NCBI GenBank assembly: GCA_963753345.1
Contig: CAVWBU010000041.1
Span: 192,001 to 256,000, forward strand
DNA: 64,000 bases
Direction of reading: 5' to 3'
Source: an uncultured Fibrobacterota bacterium
Lineage (GTDB): Bacteria; Fibrobacterota; Chitinivibrionia; Chitinivibrionales; FEN-1185
Below, piece after piece: positions 8,732-19,636 of this stretch. Position 1 is the first letter of the stretch. The number at the start of each line of letters is the position of its first letter. The translations under genes and the position numbers were made by a program. The notes beneath the pieces were generated by a model that was not told the DNA's origin, made no database searches, and saw nothing but the letters and a program-made list of their open reading frames with translations.

Positions 8732-9721
8732 TTACTTTTCTTTCGTCTCAGCCCCGACCAGTTTCTCAACTTCCATGCCGAAGGCAAGTCCGAGGTTGGC
8801 AAGAATCTGGTTGAGCTCGATGAGAGACTTTCTGCCGAAGTTCTTGTATTTGAGCATGTCCGATTCCTGGTTCTTGACAAGATCCGCGAGCGTGTGAATG
8901 TTCGCGGCCCGCAGGCAGTTGGCCGAACGGACCGAAAGTTCCAGTTCGTCAACACGCATCTTGAGAAGCTGGCGCAGTTTCTCGGCCTTCTCGTCCTTGA
9001 TGATCTCTTCGACCGGCTCGAGCTCCCCTTCGAAGTTGATGAAGATGGCGAGATGGTCCGACAGCAGTTTGGCAGCGTAGGCGACCGCGTCTTCCACCGA
9101 AATGCTCCCGTCGGTCCACACGTCGAAGATAAGCTTGTCGAGGTCGGTCCTCTGTCCCACGCGCGCGTTTTCCACCGAATAGTTCAACTTGACGATGGGA
9201 GAAAAAATCGCGTCGATCGGAATGGTCCCCACGGGATCGTCCTCGCGCTTGTTCTGCTCGGCCGGCACGTAGCCGCGTCCGTCCGACACGTGCATTTCTA
9301 TCTTGAGCTTTGCGTCGGCGTTGATGGTGGCGATATGGAGGTCCGGGTTCAGGATCTCCACGTCGGGATTCTTCTCGATGTCGGAAGCCTTCACCTCGCC
9401 TTCCCCGCTCACGTCGAGACGCAGCGTGGCGTCTTCGTCGGCGTTCAGCCTGACGCGCAGTTTCTTGATATTCAGGATAATGTCGGTCACGTCCTCGACC
9501 ACGCCCTCAATGGTCATGTACTCGTGGAGGACGTTTTCGATCCGAACCGAAATCACCGCCGCGCCCTGGAGCGACGACAGCATGATGCGGCGCATCGAAT
9601 TTCCTACGGTGTGTCCCCACCCGCGTTCAAGCGGCTCGACGATCACTTTCCCGTAATTCGGAACATCGTCGGGATTCTCAACCTTTATCGCCTTGGGCAT
9701 CAACAAGCTTTTCCACTTCAT
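8732..9721 (-). CDS. rpoA: RNA polymerase alpha subunit
   Basis: EPLERGWGHTVGNSMRRI; ELSVRSANCL; KNFGRKSL. Confidence 0.98.
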   Translation of the reverse strand: MKWKSLLMPKAIKVENPDDVPNYGKVIVEPLERGWGHTVGNSMRRIMLSSLQGAAVISVRIENVLHEYMTIEGVVEDVTDIILNIKKLRVRLNADEDATLRLDVSGEGEVKASDIEKNPDVEILNPDLHIATINADAKLKIEMHVSDGRGYVPAEQNKREDDPVGTIPIDAIFSPIVKLNYSVENARVGQRTDLDKLIFDVWTDGSISVEDAVAYAAKLLSDHLAIFINFEGELEPVEEIIKDEKAEKLRQLLKMRVDELELSVRSANCLRAANIHTLADLVKNQESDMLKYKNFGRKSLIELNQILANLGLAFGMEVEKLVGAETKEK

Positions 9722-9739
9722 GTAGCCTGCTCTCCTCTG

Positions 9740-10363
9740 TTATTTGGAGTACAATTCCACGATCAACTGTTCCTGAAGGGTCACGGGGATATCGGCGCGC
9801 GCGGGCAGCCGCACCACGGTGCCCGACAATTGCACTTTGTCAATTGACAGCCATTCCGGAATATCCTTGGCGTTCTTGAGCGCGCTGTGAATGAGGTCGA
9901 GGTTCTTGCTCTTCTCGCGCACCAGGACGACGTCGCCCTCCGACAACTGGTAGGAGGGCATGTTGACCCGCTTGTTGTTGACGCGAAAATGATTGTGCAG
10001 CACGAGCTGCCTCGCCGCGCTTCTCGACGGCGCGAACCCGAGCCGGTATACGATGTTGTCAAGCCGCATCTCGAGCATGCGCAGCAGCAGTTCGCCGGTG
10101 ACGCCCGTGCTCCTGGCGGCCTTCTTGAAATAGGTGTGAAACTGGCGTTCGAGAATCCCGTAGGTGCGGCGCATCTTCTGCTTTTCCCGCAGCTGGACAT
10201 TGTATTCGGACGTCGAGCGGCGCCGTTTGGTCATGCGCATGCCGGGCGGAAAGGGCCTGCGTTCCACCGCGCACTTCTCGCTCTTGCAGCGCTCGCCTTT
10301 GAGCATCAATTTGACCCCTTCCCTGCGGCACTGCCTGCATCGGGGGCCGTGATAAACTGCCAT
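9740..10363 (-). CDS. rpsD: 30S ribosomal protein S4 (Zn-binding type)
   Basis: Start MAVYHGPRCRQCRREG; LEMRLDNIVYRLGFA; IVELYSK. Confidence 0.97.
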   Translation of the reverse strand: MAVYHGPRCRQCRREGVKLMLKGERCKSEKCAVERRPFPPGMRMTKRRRSTSEYNVQLREKQKMRRTYGILERQFHTYFKKAARSTGVTGELLLRMLEMRLDNIVYRLGFAPSRSAARQLVLHNHFRVNNKRVNMPSYQLSEGDVVLVREKSKNLDLIHSALKNAKDIPEWLSIDKVQLSGTVVRLPARADIPVTLQEQLIVELYSK

Positions 10364-10377
10364 GTCGTTGTCTCCTC

Positions 10378-10872
10378 TTACACTCTTCTTCGCTTGGGTG
10401 GACGGCATCCGTTGTGCGGAATTGCCGTGTAGTCTTTGATCGCCGTTATTTTAAGCCCGGCCGAGGCGAGCGCCCTAATCGAACTCTCACGCCCGTTGCC
10501 TGCGCCCTTGATATGAACCTCAATTTTCCGGACGCCAGCCTCAAACGCGGCTTTGCCCACGGACTCGGCCGCTATCTGCGCGGCAAAGGGCGTGCTCTTG
10601 CGCGACCCTTTGAATCCGGATTTGCCCGGCGAGCCCCACGCGACCACGTTGCCCTGCAGGTCGGTAACATTGATGAGCGTGTTGTTGAACGTGGCCCTGA
10701 TGTGCGCCAAACCCTCGGCAGACACCTTCTTCCTTATTTTCTTTACCGCCGGCGCTTTTTCCTTGCCCTCGGGCCTTCCCTCGCCCCTGCCTTCGGCTTT
10801 TCCTTCGCCTTTGCTGTCGCCTTTTCCTTCGCCTTTGCCCTCGGGCTTGCCTTCTGTCTTGCTTTCTGCCAT
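10378..10872 (-). CDS. rpsK: 30S ribosomal protein S11 with repetitive N-terminal extension
   Basis: [33 protein letters not shown]. Confidence 0.97.
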   Translation of the reverse strand: MAESKTEGKPEGKGEGKGDSKGEGKAEGRGEGRPEGKEKAPAVKKIRKKVSAEGLAHIRATFNNTLINVTDLQGNVVAWGSPGKSGFKGSRKSTPFAAQIAAESVGKAAFEAGVRKIEVHIKGAGNGRESSIRALASAGLKITAIKDYTAIPHNGCRPPKRRRV

Positions 10873-10900
10873 TGTCGTACTACCCCTTATGGTCTAGCTG

Positions 10901-11284
10901 TTATCCTTTGGACGGAGCCTTCTTCTTGCCGGCAATTGTCTTGCGCGGTCCCTTGCGCGTGCGGGCGTTCGTGCGCGTCCGCTGCCCGCGGACCGGCAAC
11001 TGCCTGCGGTGCCGGAGCCCGCGATAGCACCCGATATCCATGAGGCGCTTGATATTGAGCCGGACGTTCGACCTGAGGTTTCCCTCAACCGTGAACTCGC
11101 TGTCGAGGATCTTCCTTATTCTGTCAAGTTCGTCCTCCGACAGGTCACGGATCTTCTTGTTCTTGTCGACATTCGCCTTGGCGCAGATCTTCAGCGCCGA
11201 CGATTTTCCGATGCCGAAAATATAGGTGAGCGCGACCTCGGCCCTCTTGTTGTTCGGTACTTCGACCCCTGCTACACGTGCCAA
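10901..11284 (-). CDS. rpsM: 30S ribosomal protein S13
   Basis: [27 protein letters not shown] start with SD. Confidence 0.97.
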   Translation of the reverse strand: MARVAGVEVPNNKRAEVALTYIFGIGKSSALKICAKANVDKNKKIRDLSEDELDRIRKILDSEFTVEGNLRSNVRLNIKRLMDIGCYRGLRHRRQLPVRGQRTRTNARTRKGPRKTIAGKKKAPSKG

Positions 11285-11311
11285 AATCGGACTCCTTTCG
11301 CCTGCCCAGCT

Positions 11312-11428
11312 CTAGCCCTGGCGCTGCTTGTGTTTCGGATTCTTGGAGCAAATGACGCGCACCACGCCGCGCCGCTTTATCACCTTGCAGCCGTTGCACA
11401 ATGGCTTTACCGATGCTCTCACTTTCAA
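11312..11428 (-). CDS. rpmJ: 50S ribosomal protein L36 (not in ORF track)
   Basis: Hand translation [41 protein letters not shown] start after AGGAG. Confidence 0.96.
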   Translation of the reverse strand: MKVRASVKPLCNGCKVIKRRGVVRVICSKNPKHKQRQG

Positions 11429-11448
11429 GGTAACACTCCTGGTTATTT

Positions 11449-11540
11449 CAGATTTGAGATTTTAGATTGACGATTGACAATTTCAAAGGAACACTCTTGG
11501 TCTTCTTCAATCTACAATCTACATTCTACAATCTACAATT
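11449..11540. repeat. Inverted arrays of heptamer repeats (GATTGAC-like / AATCTAC)
   Basis: Four GATT-nnn units and four AATCTAC-like units directly after the infA stop. Confidence 0.7.
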
Positions 11541-11758
11541 TATTTGTATCGGTACACGATTCTTCCCCTTGTCAAGTCGTACGGGGAAAGCTCCACAAGC
11601 ACCTTGTCTCCGGGAAGAATGCGTATATAGTTCATCCTCATCTTGCCCGATATGTGGGCAAGTACAACGTGCTGTTTTTCAAGCTCGACGTGAAAGGAGG
11701 CATTGGGCAGGGTCTCAACCACGGTTCCTTCGACCTGAATTGATTCCTGCTTCGACAT
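11540..11758 (-). CDS. infA: Translation initiation factor IF-1
   Basis: [34 protein letters not shown]. Confidence 0.97.
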   Translation of the reverse strand: MSKQESIQVEGTVVETLPNASFHVELEKQHVVLAHISGKMRMNYIRILPGDKVLVELSPYDLTRGRIVYRYK

Positions 11759-11788
11759 AAAACTTCCTGCACCCCGTCCGATTGACAG

Positions 11789-13114
11789 TTAGTAATACCG
11801 TCTGCCGCGCAGACGGCCCTTCTTGAGAAATCCTTCGTAATTATGCATTTGCAAATGATACTCGAGCTGCTGCAGTGTGTCGAGGGCCACGCCAACGACA
11901 ATGAGAACGCTGGTGCCGCCGAAGTAAAACGAGACGTTGAATCCGCCCATGATGAGAAAAGGCACCACCGCCACAAAGGCAAGGAAAAAAGATCCCGGCA
12001 AGGTGATTCGCGAGAGCACCGTGTCGAGGAATTCGGCCGTCTTCTTACCCGGCCGTATGCCCGGCACGAAACCGCCGGACTTCTTGAGATTGTCGGCAAT
12101 GTCCATGGGGTTGAAAATGATGGCGGTGTAGAAATAGGTGAAGAAGACAATCAACAATGCGTAGAGCGCGTCATGCACGGGTCTGCCGGGCAGAAACATG
12201 TTTGTAAAGTCTTCCATCACCTGGGATTCGGGGAAGAAATTCTTGAGCATGCTGGGCAGGAACATGAGCGACGATGCGAAAATGATGGGAATCACGCCCG
12301 CCATGTTCACCCGGAGCGGCAGCACGGTGTTCTGGCCCGCGTACATCTTGGTCCCCACGACTTTCTTGGGCGTCTGGATCGGAATGCGGCGGGTCGCCTG
12401 GGTCATGAGAACGATGAATGCGGTCATGAGAAAAATGATGCCGAGCACCATGATTTCGACGAACAGGTTCCTGGTGCCGGCCGCAAGCTGCTGGACCTCC
12501 CCGAAAATCGCCGTGGGGATGCGGTCGACGATGCCGATGAATATAATAAAGGAAATGCCGTTGCCGATTCCCTTGTTGGTAATCTGTTCGCCCAGCCACA
12601 TGATGAACACCGTGCCCGTGGTAAGGCTGATAGCGGTGATAAAGGTGAAAATCGGACCGGCGATCGCGGGGAGAACCGCGTGCTGGCCGGTCGTCTGCGA
12701 CACGATGCTCTGAAGGAAGACGCTCACGCCGACGGCCTGGACAAAAGAGAGAAGCACGGTGCCGTATCTGGTGTACTGGGTGATCTTCTTTCTTCCCTCG
12801 CCGCCTTCCCGCTGCAGCTTATGGAAATACGGGAATACCGTGGCAAGGAGCTGGATGATGATTGACGCGCTGATGTACGGCATGACGCCCATGGCAAACA
12901 CCGTTGCCTTGCCGAACGCGCCGCCGACGAACATGTCGTACAGGCCGAACAGCGTGTTGCGGGACTGGGCCCAGAACTCTGCGAGAACGCTGGAATTGAT
13001 GCCCGGCGTCGGGATGTGGCCGCCGATCCTGTAAATAAAGATTATAAGAAGGGTAAACAATACCTTCTTGCGGAGGTCCGGTATCCGGAAAACGTTTTGG
13101 AAGGTTTCAAGCAC
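11789..13114 (-). CDS. secY: Preprotein translocase SecY
   Basis: GVMPYISASII, GNGISFIIF, VPGIRPG, FGGTS motifs. Confidence 0.98.
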   Translation of the reverse strand: MLETFQNVFRIPDLRKKVLFTLLIIFIYRIGGHIPTPGINSSVLAEFWAQSRNTLFGLYDMFVGGAFGKATVFAMGVMPYISASIIIQLLATVFPYFHKLQREGGEGRKKITQYTRYGTVLLSFVQAVGVSVFLQSIVSQTTGQHAVLPAIAGPIFTFITAISLTTGTVFIMWLGEQITNKGIGNGISFIIFIGIVDRIPTAIFGEVQQLAAGTRNLFVEIMVLGIIFLMTAFIVLMTQATRRIPIQTPKKVVGTKMYAGQNTVLPLRVNMAGVIPIIFASSLMFLPSMLKNFFPESQVMEDFTNMFLPGRPVHDALYALLIVFFTYFYTAIIFNPMDIADNLKKSGGFVPGIRPGKKTAEFLDTVLSRITLPGSFFLAFVAVVPFLIMGGFNVSFYFGGTSVLIVVGVALDTLQQLEYHLQMHNYEGFLKKGRLRGRRYY

Positions 13115-13562
13115 TCGCCACGACCTCGGCTTTCCCTTTTGCCTTTTCGATTTTTTCGCGGGCCGATTTTGAGAACGAATGTGCCCGTATCACAACGCTC
13201 TTTGCGCAGTCGCCGTCGCCGAGTATCTTAACCGGCTCCGCTTTCGAGCGGATGAGGCCGTTTTCGTACAGCCATTCGGCGGTGACTTCCTTGTCGAGCG
13301 GATCTTTCTTGAATATGTCGGCCAAATTTACAATCTGGAAGCTCTTCTTGAAAACACTGACGAATCCCCGTTTGGGGATCCTGCGGGTGAGCGGCGTCTG
13401 ACCGCCTTCGAAATAGAGCTTCTTCTTGGTCCCCGAACGCGAACCGGCGCCTTTGTGGCCGCGTCCTGCGGTCTTGCCGTTGCCCGACCCGGTTCCGCGG
13501 CCGCGCCGTTTGGAGTCCCTTGTGGACCCTGCGGCGGGACGGATTTCGTTCATTCTGAACAT
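13107..13562 (-). CDS. rplO: 50S ribosomal protein L15
   Basis: RRGRGTGSGNGKTAGRGHKG..FEGGQTPL..PKRGF. Confidence 0.97.
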   Translation of the reverse strand: MFRMNEIRPAAGSTRDSKRRGRGTGSGNGKTAGRGHKGAGSRSGTKKKLYFEGGQTPLTRRIPKRGFVSVFKKSFQIVNLADIFKKDPLDKEVTAEWLYENGLIRSKAEPVKILGDGDCAKSVVIRAHSFSKSAREKIEKAKGKAEVVASA

Positions 13563-13564
13563 AA

Positions 13565-13759
13565 TCAGTTGCCTTCCTTGACTTCATCAACCTTGACAAT
13601 ATGCTTAACCACCTCGATCATGCCGCGGAGCGCCGGCGAATCGCTGTACACCCGTGCGTGCCGTATCCGCCGCAAGCCGAGCGCCACAAGCGTCCGCTTC
13701 TGGGGCGTGATGTTCCCAACGATGCTTTTCACCTGTTCTATTCTCAATTTCTTTGCCAT
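13565..13759 (-). CDS. rpmD: 50S ribosomal protein L30
   Basis: MAKKLRIEQVKS..LGLRRI..RGMIEVVKHIV; between rpsE and rplO. Confidence 0.93.
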   Translation of the reverse strand: MAKKLRIEQVKSIVGNITPQKRTLVALGLRRIRHARVYSDSPALRGMIEVVKHIVKVDEVKEGN

Positions 13760-13773
13760 GGTCTCCCGCCGTG

Positions 13774-14280
13774 TTACTGCTGAACCGCCGCGTGGCGGAG
13801 CTGGGTGATCTGTTCCCGGGTCTTGAGCCTGAGAAGACCGTTCATGGTGGCCTTCACCACATTGTGAGCGTTCCTGGTCCCGATGCACTTGGTGAGGATG
13901 TTGTGGATCCCCACGAGTTCAAGCACGGCGCGCGCCGGCCCGCCCGCGATGACGCCGGTGCCGGGTCCCGCAGGCTTAAGCAGAATTTTTCCGGCCCCGA
14001 ACGTGCCGATGATTTCGTGAGGAATCGTGCCGTGCACCACGCTCACGGTCTCGAGATTCTTTTTGGCGTTGTCGACCGCCTTGCGTATCGCATCCGTCAC
14101 ATCGTTCGCTTTTCCCATGCCGATGCCCACCGTGCCGGCCGAATCGCCCACGGCGACGAGCGCGTTGAATCCGAACCTGCGGCCGCCCTTGACGACTTTT
14201 GCCACCCTGGTGACCGCAATAAGCCTGTCAACGAGCTTCGATTCTTCGCCCGTGCCGGTTTTTTTTCCTTCGTAATCCAA
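13774..14280 (-). CDS. rpsE: 30S ribosomal protein S5
   Basis: [25 protein letters not shown] start. Confidence 0.97.
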   Translation of the reverse strand: MDYEGKKTGTGEESKLVDRLIAVTRVAKVVKGGRRFGFNALVAVGDSAGTVGIGMGKANDVTDAIRKAVDNAKKNLETVSVVHGTIPHEIIGTFGAGKILLKPAGPGTGVIAGGPARAVLELVGIHNILTKCIGTRNAHNVVKATMNGLLRLKTREQITQLRHAAVQQ

Positions 14281-14304
14281 CGGAAATCCCCTTTCGTCAA
14301 TGCT

Positions 14305-14673
14305 CTAGAACTGCAGGCCCTTCTTGCGCGCCGCTTCCGCAAGCGCCTTCACGCGGCCATGGTAGGCATACCCTTTTCTGTCGAACACGACCCGCTCGAT
14401 CCCCTTTTCCTTGGCCTTCTCGGCCACGAGCTCTCCCACCAGTCTCGCCACGTCGCTCTTGGAAGTCTTGGCCTTGTCGGTGATCTTCCCTGAAATCTCC
14501 TTGCACGTGCTCCCGGTCTGGACAAGCGACTTTCCTGTTATGTCGTCGACGATCTGGGCATAGATGTGGCTCAGGCTTCTCCGCACGCACAGTCTCGGCC
14601 GCTCCGATGTTCCGGAAATTTTTTTGCGTATCCGAATCGACCGTCGCTGCCGCTGGTTGAGTTTCCTATTCAT
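14305..14673 (-). CDS. rplR: 50S ribosomal protein L18
   Basis: [26 protein letters not shown]. Confidence 0.97.
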   Translation of the reverse strand: MNRKLNQRQRRSIRIRKKISGTSERPRLCVRRSLSHIYAQIVDDITGKSLVQTGSTCKEISGKITDKAKTSKSDVARLVGELVAEKAKEKGIERVVFDRKGYAYHGRVKALAEAARKKGLQF

Positions 14674-14714
14674 AACCCCGTCCCGGTTTCCCTCTCTTGT
14701 TTGTCTGCCCGGTT

Positions 14715-15254
14715 CTACTTGCCCGCCGCCTTGCCGACCTTGCGGCGTACGCGTTCGTCAAGATACCTGATTCCCTTGCCTTTGTACGGTTCGGGTCCGC
14801 GGAGCAGCCGGATGTCGGCGGTCACCTGGCCCACCGCCTGCTTGTCGGTCCCCTCGACGACGATTCTTGTTGCCGTCTCCATCTTAAAATTGATGTTTTC
14901 CGGCGCCTTCACGATGACGGGGTGGGAGTATCCCACGCTGATGTTGAGGTCTTTTCCCTTCAATTCCGCCTTGTAGCCCACACCCTGTATGTCGAGCGTC
15001 TTCCGGTACCCTGTGGTGACTCCTTCAACCATATTGCAGATGAGTACCCGCCACAGGCCCCACACCGATTTTGACAAACGGTCACCGGCCTCGCTCGAGC
15101 AGCGCACGGCACCGTCTTCCACAGCCATTTTGACTGAAGGGTGCGCCACCTTCGCAAGCGAGCCCTTGGGACCCTTTACCGTGATCTTCTGGCCTTCTAT
15201 CTTTACCTCGACTCCCTTGGGAATCGGAACCGGTTTCCTGCCTATGCGAGACAA
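14715..15254 (-). CDS. rplF: 50S ribosomal protein L6
   Basis: [23 protein letters not shown] start. Confidence 0.97.
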   Translation of the reverse strand: MSRIGRKPVPIPKGVEVKIEGQKITVKGPKGSLAKVAHPSVKMAVEDGAVRCSSEAGDRLSKSVWGLWRVLICNMVEGVTTGYRKTLDIQGVGYKAELKGKDLNISVGYSHPVIVKAPENINFKMETATRIVVEGTDKQAVGQVTADIRLLRGPEPYKGKGIRYLDERVRRKVGKAAGK

Positions 15255-15329
15255 ATCAAGACTCCCCTGAAAAGATTACCTATTGCAAATTCCAGATTCC
15301 AAATAATACCTTCTGGAATTCTTTTCCTC

Positions 15330-15722
15330 TTACCAGACGGTACCGATGACTTCTCCACCGACATTAAGTTTCTTGCAGTCGACGTCGGTCATGAGGCCTT
15401 TGGATGTTGACACAATAGAAATTCCCATGCCGCTCATCACCTTGGGAACCGCCGACACCGCGGCATATTTTCTGAGGCCCGGCGTGCTGATCCTCTTGAG
15501 ACCCTGTATCGCGTTCTGCATCTTGTCGTCGTACTTGAGAAGGATCTTGATGACTCCCTGCCCGCCGTCGTCGACGAACGCATACTTGGCCACGAAGTGA
15601 TTCTCGAACAGCAGGCGCGTCACTTCCTTCTTCAGGCTGGAGGCGGGAATGCTCACGGTCCTCTTCTTCGCCTGAATGGCGTTCCGTATCCTTGTAAACA
15701 TGTCAGCAATCTGGTCCGTCAT
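15330..15722 (-). CDS. rpsH: 30S ribosomal protein S8
   Basis: MTDQIADMFTRIRNA..STSKGLMT..GGEV. Confidence 0.97.
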   Translation of the reverse strand: MTDQIADMFTRIRNAIQAKKRTVSIPASSLKKEVTRLLFENHFVAKYAFVDDGGQGVIKILLKYDDKMQNAIQGLKRISTPGLRKYAAVSAVPKVMSGMGISIVSTSKGLMTDVDCKKLNVGGEVIGTVW

Positions 15723-15770
15723 GCCTTTGTCCCCTTCAGTTCCGCGTTATCTACAGTAAGAAACCGTTAC

Positions 15771-15956
15771 CTACCAGCTTGCTTTCACCACGCCGGGTAT
15801 CAGGCCGAATAGCGCCATTTGCCTGAAGCAGATCCTGCACAGGCCGAACTTCCGAAGGTACCCTCGCTGGCGCCCGCAGCGCTGGCAGCGATTGTAGGTC
15901 CGTGTCTTGAACTTCGCGGGCTTCCTGCATTTCTCGATCATTGCTTTTCGTGCCAC
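15771..15956 (-). CDS. rpsZ: 30S ribosomal protein S14, type Z
   Basis: 61 aa, CQRC..CRIC zinc motif, IPGVVKASW. Confidence 0.96.
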   Translation of the reverse strand: MARKAMIEKCRKPAKFKTRTYNRCQRCGRQRGYLRKFGLCRICFRQMALFGLIPGVVKASW

Positions 15957-15980
15957 TATCGGATCTCCCCTGTGAAAGTG

Positions 15981-16544
15981 CTACTTTCTGAACGGCATGC
16001 CCATTTCTTCGAGCAGTGCAAGCCCGAGCTCGTCCCTGCCTGCCGTGGTGCATATGCAAACGTCGAGACCGGTGATGTTGGTTATCTTGTCGCGGTCGAC
16101 TTCCGCAAAAACGATCTGCTCCTTGATGCCGAGCGTGTAGTTGCCGTGCCCGTCAAACGATTTACGGGAAATCCCCCTAAAATCGCGGATGCGGGGCATG
16201 GTGACGGAGACGAGCCTGTCGAAGAACTCATACATTCGTTCGCCCCGCAGCGTCACTTTGACGCCGATGGGAAGATTCTTCCGCAGCTTGAAATTCGATA
16301 TTGCTTTCTTCGCCCTGGTCACGACGGGCTTCTGGCCGCTGATGTTCTGCAGCACCGTTACCGCTTCGTCAATAAGTTTTGAATCCTGCACCGCCTTGCC
16401 GACGCCCATGTTCAATACGATTTTGTCAAGCCGTGGCGCCTGCATGACGTTTTTCAGGCCGTGCTTTGTCATGAGCGCCGGAACGACCTGCTTCTGGTAG
16501 AACTCCCGCATGCGCGGCACTGTTTTTTTCTTGTCGGGGCTCAA
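15981..16544 (-). CDS. rplE: 50S ribosomal protein L5
   Basis: [33 protein letters not shown]. Confidence 0.97.
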   Translation of the reverse strand: MSPDKKKTVPRMREFYQKQVVPALMTKHGLKNVMQAPRLDKIVLNMGVGKAVQDSKLIDEAVTVLQNISGQKPVVTRAKKAISNFKLRKNLPIGVKVTLRGERMYEFFDRLVSVTMPRIRDFRGISRKSFDGHGNYTLGIKEQIVFAEVDRDKITNITGLDVCICTTAGRDELGLALLEEMGMPFRK

Positions 16545-16858
16545 TCTATCAACTCCTTGGCCTTTTTGGAATACCGGACCCTTTTTCCTGTGTCAAGAAT
16601 TCTCACGCCCACTCTCGTCGCCTTGCCCGTCTTGGGGCACACGAGCATGAGGTTGGACATGTGGATTGAAGCTTCCTTCTCAATGATCCCGCCCTGCTGC
16701 ACTTTGCGGCTCGGCTTGGTATGACGCTTTACCATGTTCCTGGCTTCGACGACCGCGCGGTTCTTATCGGTGAGCACCTTGATGATGCGTCCCGTTTGAC
16801 CTTTATTGTCTCCCGACACGATCATCACCGTGTCGTTTTTTCTCAAGCGTAACGGCAT
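16541..16858 (-). CDS. rplX: 50S ribosomal protein L24
   Basis: [26 protein letters not shown]. Confidence 0.95.
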   Translation of the reverse strand: MPLRLRKNDTVMIVSGDNKGQTGRIIKVLTDKNRAVVEARNMVKRHTKPSRKVQQGGIIEKEASIHMSNLMLVCPKTGKATRVGVRILDTGKRVRYSKKAKELID

Positions 16859-16874
16859 TGCCTGTTCTCCCCTG

Positions 16875-17243
16875 TTAGAGCACTTCCGGCGCAAGCGACA
16901 CGATGCGCATGAACTGTTTGTCGCGCAGCTCGCGCGCCACGGGCCCGAAAATACGCGTGCCGCGCGGCTCGTTTGTCTCGTTTATCAAGACGGCTGCGTT
17001 GTCGCTGAACCTGATGTAGGTGCCGTCGTTGCGGCCGTATTCTTTGGTGGTGCGAACGATCACCGCTCGCGCCACTTCCCCTTTTTTCACGGCCGCATTC
17101 GGAAGCGCGCTCTTTACGGCTACGATAATCACATCCCCCACATAGGCATATCGCCGGCGCGTCGCTCCCAGAATCCTGATGCACTGCACCTGCTTCGCCC
17201 CGGAGTTGTCGGCGACATTCAACCTTGTTTGAACCTGAATCAT
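16875..17243 (-). CDS. rplN: 50S ribosomal protein L14
   Basis: [35 protein letters not shown]. Confidence 0.97.
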   Translation of the reverse strand: MIQVQTRLNVADNSGAKQVQCIRILGATRRRYAYVGDVIIVAVKSALPNAAVKKGEVARAVIVRTTKEYGRNDGTYIRFSDNAAVLINETNEPRGTRIFGPVARELRDKQFMRIVSLAPEVL

Positions 17244-17278
17244 TGTGTCCTCGTCACGCTGATAAATGCGATGCTGCG

Positions 17279-17536
17279 TTATTTCGCTTTCAACAATATC
17301 TCGCTCACGCGCCAGCGCTTCGTCTTTGAAAGCGGCCGCGTTTCCACGATGGTCACCTTGTCGCCCATGCCGCATTCGTCCTTTTCATCGTGCGCGACAT
17401 ACTTCTTGTTCCTGCGGATGGTCTTCCCGTACTGGGTGTGGATGAAACTCCGTCCGACGCTCACCACAACCGTCTTGTCCATCTTGTCGCTGATCACGAC
17501 GCCGACTCTCGATTTTCTCATGTTCCGGTCTGCCAT
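17279..17536 (-). CDS. rpsQ: 30S ribosomal protein S17
   Basis: [22 protein letters not shown]. Confidence 0.97.
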   Translation of the reverse strand: MADRNMRKSRVGVVISDKMDKTVVVSVGRSFIHTQYGKTIRRNKKYVAHDEKDECGMGDKVTIVETRPLSKTKRWRVSEILLKAK

Positions 17537-17545
17537 TGTTCCCTC

Positions 17546-17770
17546 TTACTTCGATGGTTCTTTCGGCGCCGCTGTTTTTTCGGTGCGTGTTTTTTCGGTG
17601 AGCACGGTCTTGGTGCGGGCGATGTCCTTGCGCACGATCCGCTGGCGCACCGGATTGCTCAGCTGTCCCATCTTCGCCTGGAAACGGAGATTAAACAACT
17701 CCTCCTCGAGGCCCGCTACCCTTTCGGCGAGTTCCTTGGCCGACAGTTGACGCATTTCGTGTGTCTTCAT
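17546..17770 (-). CDS. rpmC: 50S ribosomal protein L29
   Basis: ELFNLRFQ..RKDIARTKT. Confidence 0.95.
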   Translation of the reverse strand: MKTHEMRQLSAKELAERVAGLEEELFNLRFQAKMGQLSNPVRQRIVRKDIARTKTVLTEKTRTEKTAAPKEPSK

Positions 17771-17779
17771 GATTCCGTC

Positions 17780-18190
17780 CTAATCTTCTATCTCGATGAA
17801 CCGGCTCAGAATGGGGAGCTTCTGCGATGCGAGCCGGATTGCGTCCTTCGCGACGTCGGCCTTGACGCCGGCCATTTCGAACATCACCGTGCCGGGCTTG
17901 ACAACCGCAACCCACCCTTCCGGGATCCCTTTCCCTTTTCCCATCCTCGATTCGGCGGGATGCTTGGTGTACGGCTTGTCGGGAAACACACGGATGAATA
18001 TCTTGCCCCCGCGCTTGAGAAAACGTGCCATTGCGATACGCGCGGCCTCGATCTGTTTGCTGTCCACCCATCCCGGCTGGATGGCCTGGAGCCCGTATTC
18101 CCCGAACGCAAGCGTGTTGCACCGGGTGGCCTGCCCTCTCATGCGGCCCCGCTGCTGTTTTCTCCATTTTATTTTCTTCGGCGCTAACAT
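17780..18190 (-). CDS. rplP: 50S ribosomal protein L16
   Basis: [19 protein letters not shown]. Confidence 0.97.
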   Translation of the reverse strand: MLAPKKIKWRKQQRGRMRGQATRCNTLAFGEYGLQAIQPGWVDSKQIEAARIAMARFLKRGGKIFIRVFPDKPYTKHPAESRMGKGKGIPEGWVAVVKPGTVMFEMAGVKADVAKDAIRLASQKLPILSRFIEIED

Positions 18191-18202
18191 CGTCTGCCCT
18201 CC

Positions 18203-18877
18203 CTACGCGGCGCGCGCTGTCTCGTTCTGCTTTTGAGCGTTCTTCTCGGCCCGGTTGATCACTTCGCCTTTGCAAATCCACACCTTCACACCGATGCACC
18301 CGTAGGTCGTCACCGCCGTTGACGCGGCATAATCGATGTCGGCGCGCAGCGTGTGGAGCGGAATCCTGCCTTCCTTGAACATTTCCCTTCGCGCGATTTC
18401 GGCACCGTTGAGGCGGCCGTTCACCCCGATTTTTATGCCTTCGGCGCCCATCCTCACCGCGGTTGCAATCGCCTTCTTGATGGCCTTCTTGTACGATACG
18501 CGCTTCTCGAGCTGCCGGGCGATATTGTCGCCAACAAGCTGGGCGTCCATCTCGGGCTTCTTCACTTCCTTGATATTGATCTGGATATCTTTCCCGGTCA
18601 GGCGCTGAAGCTCGCCCTTGAGACGTTCGACCTCCTCACCCTTCTTCCCGATCACGATGCCCGGCCGCGACGTATGGATGGCCACCGTTACCCGTTTCGC
18701 CGTCCTTTCGATTCCAATGACGGAGATGCCGCCATGCTCGAGCCGCTTCTTGAGATAATTCCGGATAAGCAGATCTTCATGGATGTATTCGGCCAGCTTG
18801 TCCTTTGTGAACCAGTTTGAAATCCACGTTCTAGTAATGCCAAGCCGCAGACCGATGGGATTGGTTTTCTGACCCAA
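18203..18877 (-). CDS. rpsC: 30S ribosomal protein S3
   Basis: MGQKTNPIGLRLG..GRIPLHTLRADIDY; TTG start. Confidence 0.97.
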   Translation of the reverse strand: MGQKTNPIGLRLGITRTWISNWFTKDKLAEYIHEDLLIRNYLKKRLEHGGISVIGIERTAKRVTVAIHTSRPGIVIGKKGEEVERLKGELQRLTGKDIQINIKEVKKPEMDAQLVGDNIARQLEKRVSYKKAIKKAIATAVRMGAEGIKIGVNGRLNGAEIARREMFKEGRIPLHTLRADIDYAASTAVTTYGCIGVKVWICKGEVINRAEKNAQKQNETARAA

Positions 18878-18889
18878 CTGTTACCCCCT

Positions 18890-19231
18890 TCAATTCGCCA
18901 CGACAACTTTGAGGTGACACATCCGCTTGAGAATCCGGTATGCGCGTCCCTGGGCACGCGGCCGGAACCGCTTGAGCGTGGGGCCGACGCCCACTTGAAT
19001 GTCCTTAATGACAAGTTCGTCCACGTCGATATGCGCCTCGGCATTCTTGTTCTGCAGATTCGCCACCGCCGATTTGATCAGCTTCGAAAAATCCTTTGCA
19101 ACGGTCTTTCTGATTCCGAATTCGAGAAGACTGAGCGCTTCGCCCACTTTTTTTCCGCGCAGCTCGTCGGCCACAAGCCGTGCTTTTCTTGCGGTCTTTC
19201 TAAGATATTTGCAGGTTGCAGTTGCTTCCAC
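18890..19231 (-). CDS. rplV: 50S ribosomal protein L22
   Basis: RKARLVAD..GPTLKRFRPRAQGRA. Confidence 0.96.
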   Translation of the reverse strand: MEATATCKYLRKTARKARLVADELRGKKVGEALSLLEFGIRKTVAKDFSKLIKSAVANLQNKNAEAHIDVDELVIKDIQVGVGPTLKRFRPRAQGRAYRILKRMCHLKVVVAN

Positions 19232-19251
19232 TGTAGTTCCTCCCGGAACAT

Positions 19252-19605
19252 TTATGCGTTACTGGTGCTCGCCGCTGGTGCAGCCGCAGGAGCCGGCGCC
19301 GACCCCGATCCTGCCGGCGCTTCCTCCGCAACTTTGTCGGTCTTGATGTGGCCGCTGTGTCCGCGAAAGGTTCTTGTGGGAGAAAACTCCCCCAGTTTGT
19401 GACCGACCATGTTCTCCGTCACATACACCGGAATAAACTTGTTTCCGTTGTGAACGGCAAAGGTGAGGCTCACGAATTCGGGCAGGATGGTTGACCGGCG
19501 GGACCAGGTCTTGATCACTTTCTTCTGTCCCGACTTGTTCATCTCATCCACCTTTTTCGCAAGATGGTCGTCTACAAAAGGACCTTTTTTGATTGAACGG
19601 GCCAT
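19252..19605 (-). CDS. rpsS: 30S ribosomal protein S19 with Ala/Pro-rich tail
   Basis: [24 protein letters not shown]. Confidence 0.97.
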   Translation of the reverse strand: MARSIKKGPFVDDHLAKKVDEMNKSGQKKVIKTWSRRSTILPEFVSLTFAVHNGNKFIPVYVTENMVGHKLGEFSPTRTFRGHSGHIKTDKVAEEAPAGSGSAPAPAAAPAASTSNA

Positions 19606-19636
19606 GTGAATTCCTTATGATTCCTGTTAGTGCCTT

